This document shows, in pieces, positions 12,531 to 25,537 of a stretch of DNA of 64,000 nucleotides; the first letter of the stretch is position 1; every line of letters starts with the position of its first letter. A program made the position numbers and the translations under genes. The DNA is from Octopus sinensis (taxonomy: Eukaryota). The stretch covers positions 28,396,001-28,460,000 of the forward strand of contig NC_043013.1 in assembly GCF_006345805.1 (NCBI RefSeq). Direction: 5' to 3'. The notes below the pieces were generated by a model, which saw nothing but the letters and a program-made list of their open reading frames with translations, had not been told where the DNA came from and searched no databases.

Positions 12531-13682
12531 CTGCTTCTGTTTCTCCTGATATTCCTCCTCCTCCTCTAGCTCCTTCCTCTTCTTTCCATCCTTCCTCTAT
12601 GCCGACTAGCATGCTGTTAGTTATCGATTTATTCGTCATGATGTGCACCTGCAGTTGTTTGACAGTTCCAATGGTTAATGCAAAAGAGAGAATTTCATAA
12701 TTATTTACTTAACATTGTTATATAAATTTAATACACTCGTTTTAACTGCAAGCAACCTGTCCATAAACCTTTTGTGTTTTTTGTTGTTGTTATTGTTGCT
12801 GTTGTTGCAGGAAAAATATATTTCCTTGCCTCTCTCTCTCTCTCTCTCTCTCTACACTATTATGTTTTCGGTTAATTTTTCATTCACCAACCAAACTTTT
12901 ATGGTACTCTGAGCCTATTTATTTAAAATACCTCTGACTTGCATTGATGAAAAACGAAACAAAAACAACAGCAACAACTGCAACAACAACAACAACAACA
13001 ACAACGCCAACGCCAACAACAGCAACAACAAAGCAAAATGGTATAAAACGGAAATCCAAACCGAAACCCAAACAAGAGAAATTAAAGCCAAGTTCAGCAT
13101 GGTTAATTGATTTTCTGTCCATTAGTGAACTGGAGCTGAAAGAGTCATCAATGATTCAGACCTCACACCCATCATGTGAGGTAGATATACTGGCTGATTA
13201 ACCCTATGGTTGTGGTGGTGGTGATGGCGATGGTGGCAATGGTGGGTGTTGTTGTTTTGTAGCTAATCTCTCTCTCTCTCTGGTTTTTCTTTTTCTCTTT
13301 TTTTTTTGTTCCTGATTTTGTTTCTCTATCTTCCTGTGAGTCAAAGCCTTTCCACTACAGGAAAGAGGAATACAGTGGAATATTCTACCTATTTTATAAT
13401 AAAAGTAATATATTTATTTTTGTTTTACAAAAAAAAAAAAAAAAAACCCAGAAAAAACAGACATTAAAAAATGGGGAAAAAGGAAAAGGAAAACGAAATA
13501 TAAATACCACAATGAGAATAGGATTAGTTACCATTGTGTAGAAGTTTATAATGGGTGTGAAGATGCTTTGTATGTTTATGTGTGCATGTATGTATATATA
13601 TAGGGTTTTCTACATACACACACACATATATATGTGTGTATATGTGTGTGTGTATATATGTGTATATATATATGTATATACG

Positions 13683-13762
<80 letters not shown>

Positions 13763-13847
13763 ATGTATGTATGTGTGTTTATATGACTGTGTATGCAATA
13801 GGTTTGTGTAGGTATGTGTGCATTTTTATATTTTGATTAAATATGTA

Positions 13848-13935
<88 letters not shown>

Positions 13936-14329
13936 TTGTGGATATATGTTGTGTGTGTATGTGCATACACACACACACACATATGCATGCACACACATAT
14001 TGAGTAGCATGCTTTGATAGGATACACTTCACCAGAATTTTTTGACTCAGGCCAAGTAAAACATTCCATTCCTATTTCCTTGTTGTATAAACCATGTTTT
14101 TGAAGCAAGGACAAGCTAGATTGCCATGGTAGAGGCACATATAATACCAGAACAAAGACAAAATCAAAAATTGATATTATTAATGCATTTCAGATATTAA
14201 ATTGTGAACATTTGGTTTTGTTTATATTCTGCATATATTGAGTTGGATGGTGTAACTAGAACTGGCATCGTTTCTATGACTGGATGCTCTTCCTACACAC
14301 ACACTCACTCACACACATATATGACTGAG

Positions 14330-14590
14330 ACATCTGGTACCTTGTTGTATACAAGAAGATCCATCCAGCACAGAAGACTTGATATTGGTGCCAGTGCCAT
14401 GTAAAAAGGAGTGGTGGTGATGCCACATAAAAAGCACCCAGTACACTCTGTAAAGTGGCAGGCATTAGGAAGAGCATCTGCCTGTAGAAACCATGCCAAA
14501 ACAAACTATAGCACCTGATGCAGTGCTCTGGCCTTGCCAGCTCCTGCCAAACTATCCAACTCATGACAGCATGGAAAAACGGATGTTAAG

Positions 14591-14627
<37 letters not shown>

Positions 14628-14630
14628 AAT
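14330..14630 (+). mobile_element. Family D element (3' part with (GAT)n tail)
   Basis: ggcattaggaagagcatctgcctgtagaaacc...gcatggaaaaacggatgttaagtgatgat. Confidence 0.75.
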
Positions 14631-14651
14631 GGTGATGTTGATATATATATA

Positions 14652-14866
14652 TTCTTTTATTCTTTTACTTGTTTCAGTCATTTAACTATGACCATGCTGT
14701 AGTACCACATTTAGTTGAGCAAATCGACCCTAGGACTTATTCTTTGTAAGCCTAGTACTTTCTCTATCGGTCTCTTTTGACAAACTGCTAAGTTATGGGG
14801 ACGTAAACACACCAACATTGGTTGTCAAGCGATGGTGGCAGGACAAACACAGACATGCACACACAT

Positions 14867-14905
<39 letters not shown>

Positions 14906-15070
14906 CACAACTGGCTTCTTTCAGTTTCTGTCTACCAAACCCACTCACAAGGCTTTGGTCAGCCTGAGGCTATAGTAGAAGATACTTGCCCAAGGTTCCA
15001 CGCAGTGGAACTGAACCCAGAACGATGTGGTTGGTAAGCAAGCTACCTACCATACAGCCACTCCTGTGCC
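14652..15070 (-). mobile_element. SINE family A, near full length
   Basis: Colinear with other family A copies. Confidence 0.85.
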
Positions 15071-15260
15071 TATATATATATCTTCAAGGTGGTGCCCCAG
15101 GATTACTCAATTCATTATGTAGAGTATAAATTTATTATTCTTTATCAAGAATATTATTGCCGGTGATTTCAATGTTTCAACCAGCTAAGGCATCATTAGA
15201 CTGTTTGACGATGGCTTAGCTGGGCGAAACTTAGGAAGTCACTGTCAATTCTTGTTTAAG

Positions 15261-15302
<42 letters not shown>

Positions 15303-15819
15303 TATGATCATGATCATCATTCAATGTGCATTGTCCATGCTGGTATGAATTGGATGGCTTGATCAAGGCTGGCAAGCTGGAAGGCAGCACCAGATGTCAG
15401 TCTGATTTGGCATTGTTTCTACAACTGGTTTCTCTTCCTAATGCCAACTACTCTAAGAGTGTAATGGGTGCTTTTATGTGCCACCAGCATGTGTGCCAAT
15501 TACGTGACACCAGCATCTGCCACAACTGTGATTTTGCTTGACTTGATGGGTCTTCTTTTTTAAACATGACATAATGTCAAAGGTCTCAGTCATTGCCTCC
15601 AGGAGGCCCAACACTTGAAAGGAGCTCAGTCACTTTGTCTCAATGAGGCCCAATGCTCGAAAGGTGCTTTTTATATGCCACTGGCACAGATGCCAGTTAT
15701 GTGATGCCAGTATCAGCCACAACTACAATTGCACTTGACTTGATGGGTCTTCTCAAGCGCAGCATATTGCCAAAGGTCTCAGTCACTAGTCATTGCCTTT
15801 ATGAGGCTCAAAGTTCAAA

Positions 15820-16185
15820 GATGATGCTTCACCACTTCATCCCATGTCTTTCTGGGCCTACCTCTACCACAGGTTCCCTCCACAGTTAGAGTTCAGCACT
15901 TCTTTACACTTCTGTCCTCATCCATACGCATCACATGACCATGTCAGTGCAGTCATCGCTCTTGCACACCACATCTGATTCCTCTTATGCCTAATTTTGC
16001 TTTCAAAATGCTTATACTCTGTTGAACATGCACACTGACATTGTACATCCAGCAAAGCATACTGGCTTCATTTTTTCCAAGCCTATGCAAGTCCACAGCT
16101 GTCACAGCCATGTTTCACTGCATAGCCGTTCACACACAAACATCATAACAACCTGCCTTTTACTCTGAGAGGAAAGCCAGATTGT
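15820..16185 (-). mobile_element. RTE-clade LINE 3' relic
   Basis: Minus-strand translation with stops: ...HGHVMRMDEDRSVKKC*TLTVEGTCGRGRPRKTWDEVVKHH. This matches the RTE RT C-terminal GHVxRM / GRPRKTW motifs. Confidence 0.8.
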
Positions 16186-16211
16186 ATGATGCCTATGTAT
16201 GTATGTATGTA

Positions 16212-16256
<45 letters not shown>

Positions 16257-16269
16257 TGTGTGTGTGGTG

Positions 16270-16335
<66 letters not shown>

Positions 16336-16439
16336 TGTATGTGTATATATATATATGTATGTATAGTCTGTGCCAATGTCAACATTAGTAAAACAATAGA
16401 AAAAAGGAGACAGGCAGCAGACATACAGACAGACTAGAA

Positions 16440-16630
16440 ATAATAACTTTGCTAATATTGGCTTCAAATTTTGGCACAAGGCCAGCAGTTGTGGGCAGGG
16501 AGGGTGTAAGTTGGTTTATTTTATCGACCCTGAAAGGATGAAAGGTAAAGTTGAACCCAGCAGAATTTGAACTCAGAACATAAAGTAAGAAGAACTGCTG
16601 CTACACATCTTTTTTTCGGTGCAGTAACAA
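16440..16630 (-). mobile_element. SINE family C (central cttt(g)cctttcatcctt..ggggtcgataaa motif)
   Basis: Reverse of the family C core: tcgaccctgaaaggatgaaaggtaaagttgaa...gaatttgaactcagaac. Confidence 0.75.
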
Positions 16631-16868
16631 TTCTGCTAGCTCACCGCCGTAATAACTTCCCTAATATTAACAATTAATATGTGAGAAGTTGTTTAATCAA
16701 TTTATAAAGAAATTCAATAGCTGCAGGTCAGTAGGATCTGGAAGTATTTTCTTAAAAATACCATTTGCATTTTCAAGTGATGTCAACAGTTTCCATAATC
16801 TTTTCGTTTTGTGTTGAATTTTCTGCTTTTGCCTGCATCGGTGTCAGAAGTAGTAACTCTCTGTTTAA

Positions 16869-17722
16869 CTCTTTTGTTCTCATATTTCTGTTGAAACTCA
16901 ATGCCTTTTGTTTCAATTAATTTAATTTGATTATTTGAAACAAAAGAATTTAGTCAAATAACTGTCAATATTAACCCTTCCGTTACTGTATTTATTTTGA
17001 GATGCCCTGTGTTTGTTTCAATTAATTTTAAATGTAACAAAGAATTTAGTAAAATAACTTAGTTATCATTAAGTCAGTGTTAAGAACATAAATTGTGACC
17101 AAGATTTGGTGGATGGTTTTAATTCAGAATTTTTGAAAGAAAGACGTACTACAGAGCCCGACACAGTTTCAGCCAGGTTGGTATCAAAAGGATTAAGAAT
17201 TGTTTCTCTATTATATATTCTAACCCTTTCATTACCGTACTTATTTTGAGATGCTCTGTATTTCTTTCAATTGATTTAAATATAACAAAGAATTTAGTAA
17301 AATAACTTAGTTATCATTAAGCTTGTGTTAGGAGCATAAATTGTGACTAAGGTTTGGTGGAAAATTTTAATTCAGAACTTTTGAAAAAAAGACATTTGTA
17401 GTCAGAGCCAGAGGTGGTTTCAGCTGGGTTGGTATCAAAAGGGCTAAGCTAGTACTTAGAACACAAATTAACATGATATTTTGATGCAAGATTTTAAATT
17501 TTGAGCACTTTTAACCGTTTAGCATTCAGACTACTCTGTCAAATATAATGTTCCTCTTTATTCACATCATGCATTATCTCATGGTTTCAAGATTCTGATG
17601 ACATGCTTGTTTATTTTTAAACTGATATTGTAGGGTAGGTGTGAGATGTTGGATCTGGCCAGTTTGAACATAACAGAAGTAGAATATTTTGGCTGGATAT
17701 GGCTGGTTTAAATGCTAAAGGA
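16869..17722. mobile_element. Cluster of four piggyBac-like MITEs (16869-16970 fragment, 16975-17192, 17224-17443, 17515-17722)
   Basis: CCCTT(T)... / ...AAAAGGG ends flanked by TTAA. The third element is flanked by CTAA on both sides. Confidence 0.75.
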
Positions 17723-18268
17723 TTAGACAGGAAATTTGTATCATGGAATTGGTATGGTCTCAGGCAGGTTTGGTATCAAAGTGGTTCAACTTGGTGATAT
17801 GATTTCGATTGAACCGTGATCCACCTGGTGTTTTTGAATATGTAGTTTTAATATGATCTTCAAATGTTGGGCCTCATAGAGGCAATGATTAGTGACCAAA
17901 ACGTTTGGCCATATGCTGTTCTTGAGAAAACCCATCAACCCAAGTGAAATTGTAGTCATGGCTGATGCTAGTGTCATGTGACTGGCACCTGTGCCAGTGA
18001 CATGTAAAATGTATCTTTCAAGTGTTAGACCTCATGGAGGCAATGACAAATGACCGAGACCATTGGCAATATGCTGTGCTTGAAAAGAAGACCCATCAAG
18101 CCAATTGAAATCGTAATTGTGGCAGACACTGGTGCCACACGACTGGAGCACCCATTACACTCTTGGAGTGGTTGGCATTAGGAAGGGCATCCAGCTGTAG
18201 AAACCATGCCAAATCTGGTGCAGCCCCTCAGCTTACCAACTGAAAGAAGCCTGTTGTGTGTGTGTGTG

Positions 18269-18300
<32 letters not shown>

Positions 18301-18503
18301 ATGTGTTTGTGTGTCTGTGTTTGTCTCCACAACTTAGTGGTTTAGCAAAAGAGACTGATAGAATAAGTACTAGGCTTACAAAGAATACGTTCTGGGGTCA
18401 ATTTGTTTGACTTAAGGCGATGCTCCAGCATGGCTGCAATCAAACAAGTAAAAGAATAAAAGTAAAAAGCTGTATGTACATTCAGTCACTGAACTGCATT
18501 GTA

Positions 18504-18740
18504 TAGGGTGCTCAAAACGTCTCTCTGCAGTAAGTATTTAATAGTTTTTGGGTGATTCTTGAACACTGATCCTTTACTTGCTCTCCAGAAAAATAAGTCT
18601 AGCGGTGTTAAATCAGGTGATCTTCATGGCCAAAGTCCCTTCAAAATAATTCGTTCACCAAAAAATCTCTTGAAGTAGCACCATGGTGATGTGCAGGATG
18701 AAAAAAAATTCACTGCGGAGAGACTTTTTGAACACCCCTG
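18504..18740 (-). mobile_element. Internally deleted Tc1/mariner-superfamily element
   Basis: TIRs (t)agggtgctcaaaacgtctctctgcagt / actgcggagagactttttgaacacccctg with TA on both sides. Minus strand encodes LWP*RSPDLTPLDLFFW (WPPRSPDL motif). Confidence 0.85.
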
Positions 18741-19808
18741 TATAAAGTAACTGCATTGTAACAGCAATGAATAGTGTTAAATATTGTAAGACAGTATTTC
18801 CTCCAAATTCTTGTACTTATTAGTGTTAATCAATAAATGACAAACGAGATTAGACTCAAGGGAATAGATGGAAAGTTAGGAGAAATTTATAATCTTCTGT
18901 CTTTCCCAAAGACATTATTGACAGAAACAAATTTGAAATGCTTACATCTGAGAATTAAGTGTGGGTCACAGTTCATCAAGACATTTCTACCATTCCGCAA
19001 TAACTTACACACATGCATACACACATGCACATATACACAACAACACATCTATGCATATATATGCATACGTGCATTAAAATTTGATAGGCAGTTTGAATTG
19101 TCGAAAAAAAGAAGAAAAAAAAATTCCTGCATTCAAAATTGTCTGAAGTTACTATTCACCTTTAAAAACAGGATTTTATGAACGTGTTACTGTTGTTGCT
19201 GATGATGTTGTTGTTGTTATTGTTCTGGCTCGCGTCAGCCCTGATAACGCAGATCTATATTCAAAGACACTAGTCCAACCCATGCCAGCATGGAAGGTGG
19301 ATGTTAAACAACAACAATGATGATGATGACGATGATGATGATTTCAGTTGTGATCGACCACCATTCATTCAGACACGGTATATCTAAGACTACATTATCC
19401 ATTGTGTCCTTACCTTTTTAAGACATGGTAAAATGCAATATAAGGAAAGATTTTGGCTGCTGTTTCTAGCATATTCTAGCAACCACATAGAAGCTGCCTC
19501 TTATAAGCTTAGAGTGCATGAGATTTTTTTGTCAGAAGTGTGACTATTAATAGTTGTAGAAGATAGGCAAAGAATGCAGAGCTCTGCAGTAAAAATCCAA
19601 TATAAATGCCTCCTAAATTCCAAAGAACCTTTAAAGAGTTGGTTGTTTTGGTTCTGGCTTTGTGCACTGAAGCAAACAAGAGATAAAGTTTTCTTTCATC
19701 CAACCCCTATTGGCTGAAAGTCAAACGTACGGCAGGTAACTTTCTCAGATCATCTGGTATGTATTACCTATGATAAATGAACTTAAGAAAAAAATTAAGC
19801 ATCCTACT

Positions 19809-19853
<45 letters not shown>

Positions 19854-20177
19854 AGAAATATATGTAAAGGATTTGAACTTGTGATCTCTAAACTGGTAGT
19901 CCAATACCTTATCCACTCAGCTATGTCACATCTACTAACGTATTTAAGAATGTTTGATGCATGACAGAGTATCACAAGCATTGTAAAAATATAATACAAG
20001 TTTTCTGCCAAGGTTAAGAAACATTTAAAGGGCTGTTATTTTGTGGTTTAGCCCCAGGCCAGACCCTGATTGTGCAGATCTGTGATCAAAAGCATTCTGG
20101 CTGTGGCCATCCTGTAATTTTGGTCGATATCTAAGACCAGTCACTTATATCATACAAGATAGTTAGTGGAGGTTTAA

Positions 20178-20353
20178 CCCTTTTGATACCACAACCCATC
20201 TGAGGTAATCTCTGGTTTTGCGATATAAACTCCCAGTTTTTTCAAGTGATCTAAATTAAGACCTTTCATCAAAACCCAATTTAATAATGACAAAGTGATT
20301 TTACTAAATTCCTCATTATTTTCAAAATTAGCTGAAATTTAGTAACAAAAGAG
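20178..20353. mobile_element. piggyBac-like MITE (related subfamily)
   Basis: TTAA CCCTTTTGATACC ... GTAACAAAAGAG TTAA. Confidence 0.6.
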
Positions 20354-20499
20354 TTAAAAAGCTATTATTTTGTTGTTTAGCCTCAGATCAACCTGGATTG
20401 AGTAGATAAAATGATAATAACAATAATAATGAAATTATTGTGTATAGGTGCAGTACAACTCAACAAAGGTGCATGTACAGTACATAGAATTATGTACAA

Positions 20500-21030
20500 A
20501 TGTCAGGAAAGTGAACAGTGTATGAGTCATGATATACGTGTGTGCATATGTATGGAGTGGGGTGGGATTTCAGGAAGCATGGAGGTTTTAAAGGATGCAG
20601 TGTCTTGGCATCTAACAACTGATGCAGGTAGTTTGATCCATGCTTCAGCAACTCTGAATGTGTAAAAATGTTTCTGAAAGTCATGGGAGCTGTACTGTTT
20701 TCTGACTTTGTAGGCATGCCCACATCTGTTACACACATGGAGTTCAAAAAGGTGCTCAGGGTGGTCGTTGACACGATGGTTAATAATTTTGTGGGTGTTT
20801 ACCATGTCACTTGCTAGATGTTGGAGCTTCAGTGTATCTTTGCCCAGGGAAGCAAGGCATTCAGAGTATGATGGAGGGTAGTTGCTTGGTTGCATGTCCC
20901 TGAACAGTTTCCAGGAGGTCAGTGTCCTGAGTAAGATAGAGGTTCCAGACTAGTGATGCAAATTCCAAGTGTAGCCACACCATAGCCATATACAGTCTTA
21001 ACTAGATAGCTGAAGAATGGCAGACAAAGG
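20500..21030 (-). mobile_element. CR1/L2-group LINE relic (RT C-terminal region)
   Basis: Translations LYMAMVWLHLEFASLVWNLYLTQDTDLLETVQGHATK and GHAYKVRKQYSSHDFQKHFYTFRVAEAWIKLPASVV match the CR1-type RPHLEYA..VW.PY / RKHFF..RV...WN.LP motifs. Confidence 0.85.
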
Positions 21031-21635
21031 TCTTGCTGAGTGATGCCAAAAGCATTCCAATTGTGACCATCCTGTAATTTTGGTGGGTATCTAGGACCAG
21101 TAAGGCATTAAGTTATGATTTGAGGGAGATTTGGGTACTATTTGTCATAGACTGAAGCATCATTAGAAGGGCTTCTGCTATTGGCTTATAAGGCCAAGTG
21201 TTTAGTTTCTATTTCTCAATGATACTTAGGTAAGAGATTAATTTCTTCTTGTTATGAGTCACCATTAAAACAATTTATTTCATATCTCTTGAAGTTTCCA
21301 GAAAATCTGAAGAAATTCTTATGATATAAACAACATAGAATTCCTGCTTGTTTGAACAAAGCTTCAAAATCACCTAACACCAGTGGTGGGGCTGTTAGAT
21401 CATGTGATTTCAGAAATAAAAATAAAAAATTTTATTTTATTAAATTCATTCAGTTGTTAAACATAAATAAATCTTGGAATTAAAGGTCTTAGGAAGGGCA
21501 TCCAGCTGTAGAAACTCTGCCAGATCAGATTGGAGCCTGGTGCAGTCATCTGGCTTGCCAGTCCTCAGTCAAACTGTCCAACTCATGCCAGCATGGAAAG
21601 CGGACGTTAAACGATGATGATGATGATATATGCAT

Positions 21636-22013
21636 GGAGGCGCAGTGGCCCAGTGGTTAGGGCAGCGGATTCATGGTCGTAGGATTGTGGTTTCGAGTCC
21701 CAGACCAAGTGTTGTGAGTGTTTATTGAGCGAAAATACCTAAAGCTCCATGAGGCTCTAGTAGTGGGTGGTGGTGAACTCTGCTGTACTTTTTCACCACA
21801 ACTTTCTCTCACTCTTTCTTCTTGTTTCTGTCGTACCTGTATTTCAAATGGCCAGTCTTGTCACACTCTGTGTCATACTGAATCTCCCTGAGAACTATGT
21901 TAAGGGTACAGATGTCTGTGGAGTGCTCAGCCACTTGCATGTTAATTTCACGAGCTGGTTGTTCCGTTAATCACATCAACTGGAACCCTCGTTGTCGTAA
22001 TCAACGGAGTGCC
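21636..22013 (+). mobile_element. tRNA-headed SINE family B, full length
   Basis: ggaggcgcagtggcccagtggttagggc (A box), ggtttcgagtccc (B box). 3' part is shared with 26335-26650 and 60364-60722. Confidence 0.85.
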
Positions 22014-22410
22014 ACGACGATATATTTGTATGTATGTATATTATCCTATATATATGTGTGTGTGTGTATGTAATCTCTATCTTTTTGTTCATGTTTTCCG
22101 GTGCAAATTGGTGTGGTATTACATCCTTTGGTTGTAAATACGAGTCATTTGACTTTTCAATAGACAGAAACCACTAGAATAAATACTAGCCTGAATCAAT
22201 TTCTGGGGGTCGATATATCACTGACAGAAACATTTGTATGAAGGCGTTGCTCCAGCATGGCCACAATCCGGTAATTGAAAGCAATAAAAGGAGTAAATGA
22301 AGAATTGACAAGGCATGTGTGAGTGCAACACTCTTATAAATTCATATGCATGTTTTTACATATATCTGCATATTAACTCTTATCAGTGCCTGAGACTGTC
22401 TGAGAGGGGT

Positions 22411-22520
22411 GGGGGTGGAGCTGGGGGTGGAGCTGGGGGTGGAGCTGGGGGTGGAGCTGGGGGTGGAGCTGGGGGTGGAGCTGGTGGTGGTGGTGCTGGT
22501 GGCGGTGGAGGTGGTGGTGG
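22411..22520. repeat. G-rich 12-bp minisatellite (GGGGGTGGAGCT)x6 followed by (GGT)n
   Basis: Read directly from the sequence. Confidence 0.9.
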
Positions 22521-23007
22521 CGCAATCTTTATAGTTGAATGCCATTCCAGGATAACCAACCACAATCTGAAACTGAGGAAGGGGTATATTTTCATAAGGA
22601 TCATTCACTATGAATTGAAAGGCTGCCCCCATTCCTTTTAACAATAAGATCCCTTTTTTTATTTTTCCTGTCCTACCTTACACATTTGATACTTTATTTT
22701 GTCAAAGCCATTTACTGGCACAGATTGACTTCTTTCTCCTTGAAAAGGAAGCCATTCTCCTTAATCCTTTCTCTACTCTCTAAGACACACAAGCCATTTT
22801 TTAAAAATATTTATCAATCTGCATCATTACACACACACACATTAACACACACATACACATATACACACACATAAACACACACATACACATACACAAATAT
22901 GGATGTCTGCACACATGCATATATAGGCACACACAAATACACAGACATGCACATACACACTCATTCTCATGTGTGTATGTATGCATGTATGTATGTATGT
23001 ATGTATG

Positions 23008-23077
<70 letters not shown>

Positions 23078-23199
23078 TACATATTCACATGTACACGCAA
23101 ACACTTAGTCATACACCTACACATGCACACACTCGTGCACATATATATATCTACACACACACACACACAGATATACTCATGCTTACATGCATGCACATA

Positions 23200-23500
23200 T
23201 ACAATTACATGCATATGCACACACACACACACTACTCACACACACATACACATTACACACACACACACACTACTCACACTACACTCACACACTATACACA
23301 CACTACACACACACACTACCCTCACACACTACACACACATACACACTACACACACATTACATACACACACACTACACACACACTACACACACATTACACA
23401 CACATACACACACATTACATACACACACTACACACACACTACACACACACACACATTACATACACACACTACACACACACACGCACATTACACACACACA
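23200..23500. repeat. Degenerate (CA)n tract with recurring cacactac/cacattac variants
   Basis: Read directly. Source of the H/T/Y-rich ORFs. Confidence 0.85.
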
Positions 23501-23997
23501 CGCGCACACCCGTGCACAGTCACTATTTTCGATTGTCCAATTCCTCAACTTAGCAGAAAGCTGTCTGCTTCCTGAACTGTTGGTCCCTCTGATTCCCTCC
23601 TGCCTAACGAATCCCCCCTCCTCCGCCCTCACCACTGGTTGATAGTTCAAGTGCTTCATGGTTATGAAATAAATATACCAAGATCCAGAAAATATTGATT
23701 CAAACCAAAGACAACAAATAGAGGTTCTTTTAGAATTGTCTTTTGTTATCATTCCGTACTTGCCCTCCTCGCCCCCTCATCCTCCTTTCATCGCCTGCCT
23801 CCTCCCCTCCCTTCCTCATCCTCTGTATCATTTCAGTTTTATTTTTCAGTTCCCCCCCCTCCACTCCTCTTCTTATTAAAATACTTCCCTCAATAAGATA
23901 AGATTATCTTTCCAGTAGGAACACAGTTATTGAAGATTATTGCTTTTTGAAAACACACACACACACACACACACACAGAGGCACAGGCACACACATA

Positions 23998-25060
23998 GGG
24001 GCGGGCATAGCTGTGTGGTAAGAAGTTTGCTTTCCAACCACATTGTTGTGGGTTCAGTCCTACTGCATGACATCTTGTGTCTTCTACTAAATCCTCGGGC
24101 CAACCAAAATGTCTTGTGTGTGGATTTGGTAGATGGAAACTAAAAGAAGCCCATTGTGTATATATTATTACCTCCACCTTCACTAAGGTGGAGGTATTGT
24201 TTTCAGTTGTGTTTGTTTGTTTGTCCATGGACAAGATATCTCAAGAACCACTGGATGGATTCCGATGAAACTTTCAAAGATGTTTGGCTTCGTGATTGGC
24301 ACAAACTGATTAGATTTTGGGATCAATCTGGTACCGGACAAGGATTCTGGATTATTTTCCCATTTTTTTTTTACTTCATTTTTGAGAGCAGTTGGGTTCA
24401 TTTTTATTATTCTTGTTTGTAAGATCAGTCGAGTTTATTTCAGATATTCTCATTTTAAAAATCATCTCCGGCTAATCATTGAAAGGATGTTGGTGTTGCT
24501 TTGGCAGAGGTTTGCGCTCCCTGAGTGCTCTTGTTATTGTTATCATTATTATTGAAGGCAGTGAGGTGGCAGAATTGTTAGCACACTGGGTGAAATGCTT
24601 AATGGTATTTCACCTGTTGCCACATTCTAAGTTCAAATTCTACTGAGGTTGACTTTGCCTTTCATCCTTTCGGGGTCAATAAATTAAATACCAGTGAAAC
24701 ACTGGGGTCAATGTAATTGACTAGAGCCCTCCCTACAAAAATCAGGCCTTGTACATATAGTAGAAATCCTCCTCCTCTTCCTCCTCCTCTTCCTCCTCCC
24801 CCCTCCTCCTCTATATGTGTGTGCCTTTTTGCCTGTGTTTGTCTTACCAACACCACCACTTGACAACTGGTGTTGGTGTGATTACATCCCTTTAACTTAG
24901 TGGTTCAGCAAAACGGAATGATGGAATAAGTACTAGGTTTAAAAGAATTAAAATGCAAGTACTGGGATCAATTCATTTTTTACTACAAAAATTTAAAGCT
25001 GATTGATGTTCGAGCATGACCGCAGTCAAATGACTAAAACAAATAAAAAGTAAAAAGAAA
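23998..25060 (+). mobile_element. SINE family A interrupted by a family E element and a family C SINE
   Basis: Head at 23998-24165; 3' half resumes at ~24815 after the two insertions. Confidence 0.75.
24168..24532 (-). mobile_element. Family E, Helentron/HINE-like non-autonomous element (copy 1)
   Basis: Terminal hairpin ttacctccaccttcactaaggtggaggta, with a subterminal inverted copy (ggcagaggtt) near the other end. Four colinear copies in the window. Confidence 0.6.
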
Positions 25061-25086
25061 TATTCTCTGAGACAGATTTCAAACTC

Positions 25087-25299
25087 TTTACTCTTTTACT
25101 CTTTTACTTGTTTCAGTCATTTGACTGCGACCATGCTGGAGCATCGCCTTTAATCGAGCAACTCGACCCTGGGACTTATTCATTGTAAGCCCAGTACTTA
25201 TTCTATTGGTCTCTTTTGCCAAACCGCTAAGTGACGGGGACATAAACACACCAGCATTGGTTGTCAAGCAATGCTAGGGGGACAAACACAGATACACAA

Positions 25300-25375
<76 letters not shown>

Positions 25376-25537
25376 TACGACAGGCTTCTTTCAGTTTCCG
25401 TCTACCAAATCCACTCACAAGGCATTGGTCGGCCCGGGGCTATAGTAGAAGACACTTGCCCAAGATGCCATGCAGTGGGACTGAACCCGGAACCGTGTGG
25501 TTGGTTAGCAAGCTACTTACCACACAGCCACTCCTGC
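25087..25537 (-). mobile_element. SINE family A, full length
   Basis: Colinear with other copies; lies tail-to-tail with 23998-25060. Confidence 0.85.

Noticed and set aside
13126-13180. Plus-strand 55-nt exon candidate (ELELKESSMIQTSHPSCE)
   Set aside because: Weak donor (gtagat), no partner exon and no recognisable homology.
16700-16850. Minus-strand frame RLWKLLTSLENANG as an exon joining to 576
   Set aside because: Phase-compatible, but the acceptor lacks a pyrimidine tract and lies next to a MITE; likely chance.
19509-19703. Hydrophobic ORF suggesting a membrane protein
   Set aside because: T-rich strands generate F/L/I runs by chance; no matching donor.
21636-21710. tRNA genes at SINE heads (also 26335, 31672, 36527, 61439)
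   Set aside because: A/B boxes are present but they continue into shared SINE bodies and lack a complete cloverleaf acceptor stem.
22315-22644. Gly-rich / Pro-rich ORFs
   Set aside because: Translation of the 12-bp G-rich minisatellite.
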